Virus record (IMG/VR): IMGVR_UViG_3300043399_000676
Direction: 5' to 3' (one strand)
Length of the DNA stretch: 43,157 nt
Source of the DNA: a virus
Taxonomy: Duplodnaviria; Heunggongvirae; Uroviricota; Caudoviricetes
The position numbers and the translations under genes were made by a program. The notes beneath the pieces were generated by a model. That model had not been told where the DNA came from and ran no database searches. It was given only the letters and a program-made list of their open reading frames with translations. Shown here piece by piece: positions 37,623-43,157 of this stretch (within the stretch, counting starts at the first letter, position 1; every line of letters starts with the position of its first letter).

Positions 37623-39677
37623 ATGAGTCTGCAAGGTAAACACACTCCTCTTAGTATAAATTTTACATCTGGTCTTCTATCAGGCACAGGTGTGAATGTA
37701 AATGCCAATGTGCGTTATCTTGCAGGCGAAAGTCAAGTCTACTCAGAGTATACTCCAGGATCTTTGATAAATGATACCTGTTTAAATGATTTAGTTAATG
37801 CAACACAATTAGCATACTCTAAAATAGGCCCTGATTTAACGACAGGAGTATACGATAACCTAATCAGTATAGGACAAGGAACTATTCCTCTGTTAGGTAA
37901 CAGTAAACCTGCATCATATGAATTTAAGTACGAGGGACAAATTGCAAAGTTTGGGTTCGTCCGTATGATTGCGCTACAGGCATTCACTGAGATGGAGGTC
38001 AGTTCAGGATCGTTTTCTGATTTTTGCTCATCATTTACAAAGTGCTATTCTTATAAGAATAGAATTAACAAGATGATAGGTTCAATGTCAAATAGTCAAA
38101 GCTATTTGGACGGAATCTATAGTAATATGAATGACTTAGTGACGAGCGATATAACCGGTGTTAACCTAGCAACTACTTACTGGGGACAAGACCTAATCAG
38201 GTTAGGTAGAGCGATTGATCTTTCTGAGATAGATAGATTTGGAACTCCTTCAGTTTTACTTAAAACTCTCCAGCGTACCGGGGCAATCACTAATACACTT
38301 GGTACTGCATTGATTCTATGTGGTTTGACAACTAGTGAAATAGGTGAAATATTAGCCAATATTGCTCCGGTGACTGAAGAACAAGAGAAGAAAATTTATG
38401 TCGCTTTTCAAATCATCCAAGGGGTCGATCTTGCTGAAATTCTAACCGCGATGAATGTTCAAACTTCAGGATTACTGTTATTATCTGATTTACTAAATCC
38501 TGCTAAAATTTTCCCCAATAGTTACAATAGCTTGACTACGCCAAAATACAATTCCATTAGAATGGCTACTAATAGTAAAACTTACTATTTTATATACGAT
38601 TCAGGTGGGATAAACTTGCAACTGCAAGAGTTTGGTTTTAAAGAAAAATACAATAACGTCATACCAGATGAAATTGCTATTGCATGCGGGGCATTTAGCA
38701 ATGCAATGATGCAAATCAAAAACATCAAAAAGATGAATTTTGAAAAGTTTGCACAAGTAGTTGCCAATCTAGAAACTATGAAGGACTTGGAAGTCAATGG
38801 CACATCGACTCCTATTGATTCTTCGTTAATAAACTCAGCGAAGACAACCATTGCTGTAGGAAGTGGTACTGACGGGTCTTACACTATGGCTGACTTCTAT
38901 GGTGCAATGGCAGGAGTTTCTTATAAGCTAGCAGAACTGAAGGATGCAATTATCAAATTGCAAACTCCTGCATTGAAAGAAATTTATAGTAATATGGTTA
39001 GTTTGCTTAATGGAGCAGGACCATATACCTCAGCACTTCAAACATTGATAGATCAAGCCAATATTGAAATTGCTAACATTCAAAATACAAACAAGTCATA
39101 CACTACCGTTAGTGAAGACTTGTTCACAAATCAACCAGAATATACTGATTATTCAGTAACAGTGATAAATACTTTATGGGAAGATATCGGTGCAAAGTTA
39201 AGCACCGAGATCAAAGCAAGAGTGGCTGCATTGCCCGATGACCCGGCTGTAACTGGGCATGAGGATGTAATTGCTTTTGCAGAGGCAGTGGTAAATGTGT
39301 ATGCGTTGGATACTTCTTTACACGGTACTGCCAGTATAATAGAAAGAATCATGGATATGACAACACCGACTGGAAATTATGGTGTTGCTGCTATGAGGGA
39401 AACTAGAAATGCTGTAAGACTTGGATTGATAGGAGGAACGCTAGACAACAACATTGATTTTTCGCTGCCTGACCGAAGTTTACCCAATGCTTTAGACTTA
39501 AGTAAAGTTACCGGGGATTCAAACGTTTTGGGCAGTTTGGGTGGTTCACCAGAAACGTTGTTAATTCCTAAAAATCTTGATATATTCAATGTTTCTGCTA
39601 CTTTAATGCCGTCCGTATATAAACCAGACGACGCATCAACTGCGGTCTTCGACGGAAACTGTAACTGCTGGTCTTGA
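37623..39677 (+). CDS. Hypothetical protein (684 aa), possibly virion structural
   Basis: Long intact ORF, mostly helical and Ser/Thr/Asn-rich; no recognisable catalytic motif. Confidence 0.6.
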   Translation: MSLQGKHTPLSINFTSGLLSGTGVNVNANVRYLAGESQVYSEYTPGSLINDTCLNDLVNATQLAYSKIGPDLTTGVYDNLISIGQGTIPLLGNSKPASYEFKYEGQIAKFGFVRMIALQAFTEMEVSSGSFSDFCSSFTKCYSYKNRINKMIGSMSNSQSYLDGIYSNMNDLVTSDITGVNLATTYWGQDLIRLGRAIDLSEIDRFGTPSVLLKTLQRTGAITNTLGTALILCGLTTSEIGEILANIAPVTEEQEKKIYVAFQIIQGVDLAEILTAMNVQTSGLLLLSDLLNPAKIFPNSYNSLTTPKYNSIRMATNSKTYYFIYDSGGINLQLQEFGFKEKYNNVIPDEIAIACGAFSNAMMQIKNIKKMNFEKFAQVVANLETMKDLEVNGTSTPIDSSLINSAKTTIAVGSGTDGSYTMADFYGAMAGVSYKLAELKDAIIKLQTPALKEIYSNMVSLLNGAGPYTSALQTLIDQANIEIANIQNTNKSYTTVSEDLFTNQPEYTDYSVTVINTLWEDIGAKLSTEIKARVAALPDDPAVTGHEDVIAFAEAVVNVYALDTSLHGTASIIERIMDMTTPTGNYGVAAMRETRNAVRLGLIGGTLDNNIDFSLPDRSLPNALDLSKVTGDSNVLGSLGGSPETLLIPKNLDIFNVSATLMPSVYKPDDASTAVFDGNCNCWS

Positions 39678-39718
39678 TTTTAAACTAGTAGTCCGTCACA
39701 ACTAATAGGAGAAAATTT

Positions 39719-40252
39719 ATGGTGAATGTTAAATCATTCAAGCTATACCTTTTTCCTGTTTTGTTTGTGTTAGGAATGACTTTTACACATGACAATTCAG
39801 GGGTACGAGCAAATACCCGCTCATTGGATACCTACCTTGTAGTAGGTAAACCAGTAAACAAAAAAGAACTAGATTGCCTTGCAAAGAATATTTTCTTTGA
39901 AGCCAGAGGAGAAGTATACTCAGGTCAAGTAGCAGTAGCTAGAGTTGTAATGAATAGAATCCATCATGGGTTCGGCGATAATACCTGTCAAGTCGTATAT
40001 CAGACTGACAGAAAGGGAAACGGTACACTATGCCAGTTTAGTTGGGTTTGTGAAAAACCCAAACGGCTAGATAAAAACGATCCCGCCTACATCCGAGCAC
40101 AGGATATTGCTTATCGAGTATTAGCATTCAATGCTTATTCAGACAGGGTTGATAAAAATGTTCTATTTTTTCATAGCAAACATGTAAATCCTAGATGGAG
40201 GTACAAACGCTTCAAGCAAATAGGAAATCACATTTTCTATGCTAAGATTTAA
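39719..40252 (+). CDS. Cell wall hydrolase, SleB / Hydrolase_2 family
   Basis: CLAKNIFFEARGE..GQVAVARVVMNR, C.VVYQ, CQFSW and IGNHIFY; hydrophobic N-terminus; taggag SD. Confidence 0.92.
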   Translation: MVNVKSFKLYLFPVLFVLGMTFTHDNSGVRANTRSLDTYLVVGKPVNKKELDCLAKNIFFEARGEVYSGQVAVARVVMNRIHHGFGDNTCQVVYQTDRKGNGTLCQFSWVCEKPKRLDKNDPAYIRAQDIAYRVLAFNAYSDRVDKNVLFFHSKHVNPRWRYKRFKQIGNHIFYAKI

Positions 40253-42834
40253 GCAGTAATCAAAACTCTTTCCATTTTTATCGTAGCCGAGGTTGATGCA
40301 GTCATTACGACGATCAACCTCGCGCTACCTGAATTTACATCACCATCAAACGATGCAAGGGTAGATGTTGACGTTAGGATTGCAAATTCAGAGACTTTTG
40401 AAGTCGTTCCATCGTACAACATAATCACTTCCGATACTTGACTGTCAGAACCTTGTACTACCTGAATTAGATATTTTGCCGATCTGTAAGCAGTTGTGCT
40501 CCATGAGTCAAGTACAGAAGGGTTTACTGTGCTGATAGTAGCAGTTATTGCATTTTGTTCAGAAACTGCCGTTGTTGAAAATGCTAAGTTTAATGACGCG
40601 CCATTGTTAAGCTGAATGTCATTTGTAGAAGTATTTCCTACATTAGTGACTGATTGTAGTGAGGGAGTAGGAGGAGTTATTCCACTGAACCCACTATTTC
40701 CAGAATATCCGCTAACACCAGAATACCCACTAAAACCTGATACTCCGCTTGCACCGGAGTACCCGCTTTGACCGGTGAACATGGCACCCTGGAACTTAGT
40801 TACCCAATCACCTGCTTGAAGAGCCACGGTGCCTACACCGATTGTCCACATTTCAACGTAATCAGTTGAACCATTTAGATATACTAATGCGCTATGACTA
40901 GTGACCTGAGTAGATACGTTTGTGCCCGGTCCACTTGCTGAAAATACCGTTCCGTTTTTCTTAAAGAGAACTTGGGCATAAGTCACGGCTTGAGTAAAGT
41001 ATGATGTGCCCGTTACAAAATAATATCCTGCAATCAATGGCTGAAATCGACTGTTCGCAGTGCTAAACGCTGAGCTAGTGTCGTATTCAACTACGTCAAA
41101 TGTAATTTTTTCTTCTTGGGCTGACGTTAAATTTTGCTGTGTAGACTTATACACGCTGAAGCTAGGTCCAGCAACTGCAGGAACTGATACTCCACTGAAA
41201 CCTGAGAATCCACTGACACCAGATATTCCACTAAATCCAGAAGTTCCTTGTGGACCTTGAACTCCAGAGTATCCACTCGTTCCAGAGTATCCACTTGTTC
41301 CAGAAGACCCGCTTATTCCGCTATATCCTGATCTGCCGCTAAATCCACTTGTAGATGAATATCCACTGAATCCGCTAATACCTGAATATCCGCTCGTACC
41401 AAGTACACCTGAATATCCGCTCGTACCTGAGTAGCCAGATAGTCCTAACCCAGAATATCCACTGATTCCACTATAACCACTGATACCTGAGTATCCACTC
41501 CTACCGGAGAATCCACTGATACCTGAACCAGAAAATCCAGATGTTCCACTAGCACCCACTTCACCTGAGTACCCGGATGGTCCTTGTAACGATCCAATGT
41601 TAATCCAACTTGAACCATCCCATACCCATCCATCACCGGTATCTAATGTTATGTATAAATCACCGGCGTTGCCTACATAAGAAGTTGGATAACCTGGTAA
41701 ATTTGTGAATGTACTTACTGTACCTTTGATAGTGATCGAAGTACCATCTTTCCCGCTGATGCCCGAATATCCAGAGAATCCACTGAAGCCAGACGCACCA
41801 GACGCACCACTTGCACCTGAGTATCCACTGAATCCAGAATAGCCACTGAATCCAGAATAGCCACTGAATCCAGAGTAACCTGATCTTCCACTGTATCCGC
41901 TATATCCACTAAAGCCAGAGAACCCGCTAAACCCGCTGATGCCTGAGTATCCACTAAACCCACTAAACCCACTAAACCCACTGAAGCCAGAGAACCCGCT
42001 CTGTCCAGACGCACCACTAATACCCGAGTATCCACTAAACCCGCTGAAGCCACTAAAGCCGCTAATTCCTGAGTATCCACTTACACCTGAGTACCCGCTG
42101 AAGCCACTAATTCCTGAGTATCCACTGAATCCAGATGTGCTGTCTCCGGACATCCCACTATATCCAGATGTGCTTTGTCCTGATATACCACTATACCCTG
42201 ATGTGCTTTGTCCACTGATACCAGAAAATCCACTGATACCTCTAATTCCAGAATAACCAGAAGAACCACTTTGACCGCTGAACCCTGATGATCCGCTTGA
42301 TCCACTCGTACCAGAATATCCTGATCTTCCAGAAGCCCCTGAATACCCGCTGAACCCAGACCAACCGGACGTACTCTGACCTGATATGCCACTAAACCCT
42401 GAACCACCACTAAACCCAGACCAACCACTGAACCCCGATGAACCTGATATGCCAGATGTCCCGGAGAACCCGGAATCACCTGAAAATCCACTCAGTCCCC
42501 GATCGCCTGAAACCCCTGAATACCCGCTTTCTCCTGCAGTTCCTGACCATCCAGGTAACCCACTGAACCCTGAGATACCAGATGCCCCACTGAACCCTGA
42601 GATTCCCGAAAACTCGACGCTTCCGGGTATACCTTGTGCACCTGAGTAACCACTGAACCCTGAGTAACCGCGAAGTCCGCCGTACGCAAGTGAATTCCAA
42701 GCAGTAACACCGTCCCCTATTTTAAACATCCCGGTGTCTATCTCGACACCTATCTCTGCTAATGCAAGAGTGGGATTAGCTGAGGTCCATTCGCTTGCTG
42801 TACCTCTTCTTAATTGAAACTGAATATACGCCAC
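40249..42834 (-). CDS. Fibre protein: Mtd_N domain + Gly-X-Ser repeats + internal C1q-like domain + YRSAKY C-terminal domain
   Basis: GTG start. IQFQLRRGTASEWTSANPTLALAEIGVEIDTGMFKIGDGVTAWNSLAY matches Mtd_N. PSFSVYKS...ITFDVVEYDT..F...RFQP..AGYY...LNGSTDYVE matches C1q (about 40776-41170). Confidence 0.85.
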   Translation of the reverse strand: MAYIQFQLRRGTASEWTSANPTLALAEIGVEIDTGMFKIGDGVTAWNSLAYGGLRGYSGFSGYSGAQGIPGSVEFSGISGFSGASGISGFSGLPGWSGTAGESGYSGVSGDRGLSGFSGDSGFSGTSGISGSSGFSGWSGFSGGSGFSGISGQSTSGWSGFSGYSGASGRSGYSGTSGSSGSSGFSGQSGSSGYSGIRGISGFSGISGQSTSGYSGISGQSTSGYSGMSGDSTSGFSGYSGISGFSGYSGVSGYSGISGFSGFSGFSGYSGISGASGQSGFSGFSGFSGFSGFSGYSGISGFSGFSGFSGYSGYSGRSGYSGFSGYSGFSGYSGFSGYSGASGASGASGFSGFSGYSGISGKDGTSITIKGTVSTFTNLPGYPTSYVGNAGDLYITLDTGDGWVWDGSSWINIGSLQGPSGYSGEVGASGTSGFSGSGISGFSGRSGYSGISGYSGISGYSGLGLSGYSGTSGYSGVLGTSGYSGISGFSGYSSTSGFSGRSGYSGISGSSGTSGYSGTSGYSGVQGPQGTSGFSGISGVSGFSGFSGVSVPAVAGPSFSVYKSTQQNLTSAQEEKITFDVVEYDTSSAFSTANSRFQPLIAGYYFVTGTSYFTQAVTYAQVLFKKNGTVFSASGPGTNVSTQVTSHSALVYLNGSTDYVEMWTIGVGTVALQAGDWVTKFQGAMFTGQSGYSGASGVSGFSGYSGVSGYSGNSGFSGITPPTPSLQSVTNVGNTSTNDIQLNNGASLNLAFSTTAVSEQNAITATISTVNPSVLDSWSTTAYRSAKYLIQVVQGSDSQVSEVIMLYDGTTSKVSEFAILTSTSTLASFDGDVNSGSARLIVVMTASTSATIKMERVLITA

Positions 42835-43056
42835 TTAAGTAACCCCACCGCAATTAACGTTAAACCCGACAGAGAAGTCAGTGAAAGGTGTTCCGCCGTC
42901 GTAAACAACAGGTCCACCTAAGCCTGAGTACCCAGAATAACCCGAGTACCCAGAATAACCTGAAGCACCGTTGCCACTAGTCCCTGAAGACCCTACAGGT
43001 ACCCACTCAGTACCGTTCCATTCTAATGTTTGTCCATCTGAAGTATATTTCAACAT
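42835..43056 (-). CDS. Short Gly-X-Ser fibre-associated protein
   Basis: 73 aa: LEWNGTEWVP hairpin, (SGY)4 and YDGG.P.T motif. Its TAA abuts the GTG of the Mtd_N gene. Confidence 0.65.
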   Translation of the reverse strand: MLKYTSDGQTLEWNGTEWVPVGSSGTSGNGASGYSGYSGYSGYSGLGGPVVYDGGTPFTDFSVGFNVNCGGVT

Positions 43057-43064
43057 ATTGAATG

Positions 43065-43079
43065 TATTTATGATAAATA
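43065..43079. promoter_or_regulatory. Back-to-back late promoters (CATAAATA on minus, GATAAATA on plus)
   Basis: tattta-tga-taaata inverted arrangement in the 42-nt gap between divergent genes. Confidence 0.55.
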
Positions 43080-43098
43080 AAGAATAGGAGACATTGGA

Positions 43099-43157
43099 AT
43101 GTTAGAAACTATTTTTTGGCTTATTATCGGAGCTTTTGTTGGGTGGAATTTCCCTCA
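43099..43157 (+). CDS. Partial CDS: small membrane protein (MLETIFWLIIGAFVGWNFP...)
   Basis: taggag SD, ATG 43099, hydrophobic N-terminus; runs off the window. Confidence 0.7.
   Translation, partial: MLETIFWLIIGAFVGWNFP

Noticed and set aside
40249-40252. Convergent genes with overlapping stop codons (TTAA) and no terminator
   Set aside because: A common compaction feature in phages; no further structure seen.
41939-42649. Pro-rich (PEY/PLN/PLK) ORFs antisense to Gly-X-Ser tracts, also 17875..18174
   Set aside because: They are the reverse-complement mirror of Gly codons (GGN becomes NCC or CCN); no independent evidence of expression.
1-43157. tRNA, rRNA, structured ncRNA, introns, inteins, transposases or diversity-generating retroelement parts (prompted by the Mtd_N domain)
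   Set aside because: The largest intergenic gaps are under 90 nt. No RT, homing endonuclease or intein motif and no template/variable repeat pair were seen. Mtd_N is only the anchor domain, and no C-type-lectin variable domain is evident.

Overview
Gene-dense, AT-rich window from a large tailed bacteriophage, probably T4-like or jumbo. Support for this: TATAAATA/xATAAATA late-promoter motifs, a C(UUCG)G terminator, peptidase S74 chaperone domains, an Mtd_N domain, a SleB-type hydrolase and a glutaredoxin. About 25 kb (803-25162, plus 40249-43056 on the minus strand) encodes virion fibre and decoration proteins built from a small kit of shared modules. These include two chemically distinct Gly-X-Y classes: Pro-poor Gly-X-Ser fibres with aromatic X residues, and three length-matched Gly-X-Gln collagens ending in S74 chaperones. 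Directly downstream and translationally coupled to the collagens is an ~11.5 kb block of modifying enzymes (25170-36651). It holds three 2OG-Fe(II) oxygenase domains, at least six GT2 domains, a split GT9-like enzyme and five SAM methyltransferase domains, including a 1405-aa GT/MTase polyprotein. The best candidate for a novel system is a phage-encoded collagen-fibre hydroxylation, glycosylation and methylation pathway that would build a glycan coat on the virion. All family assignments come from motif recognition by eye; no database search was run. No tRNA, rRNA, CRISPR array or mobile element was seen.
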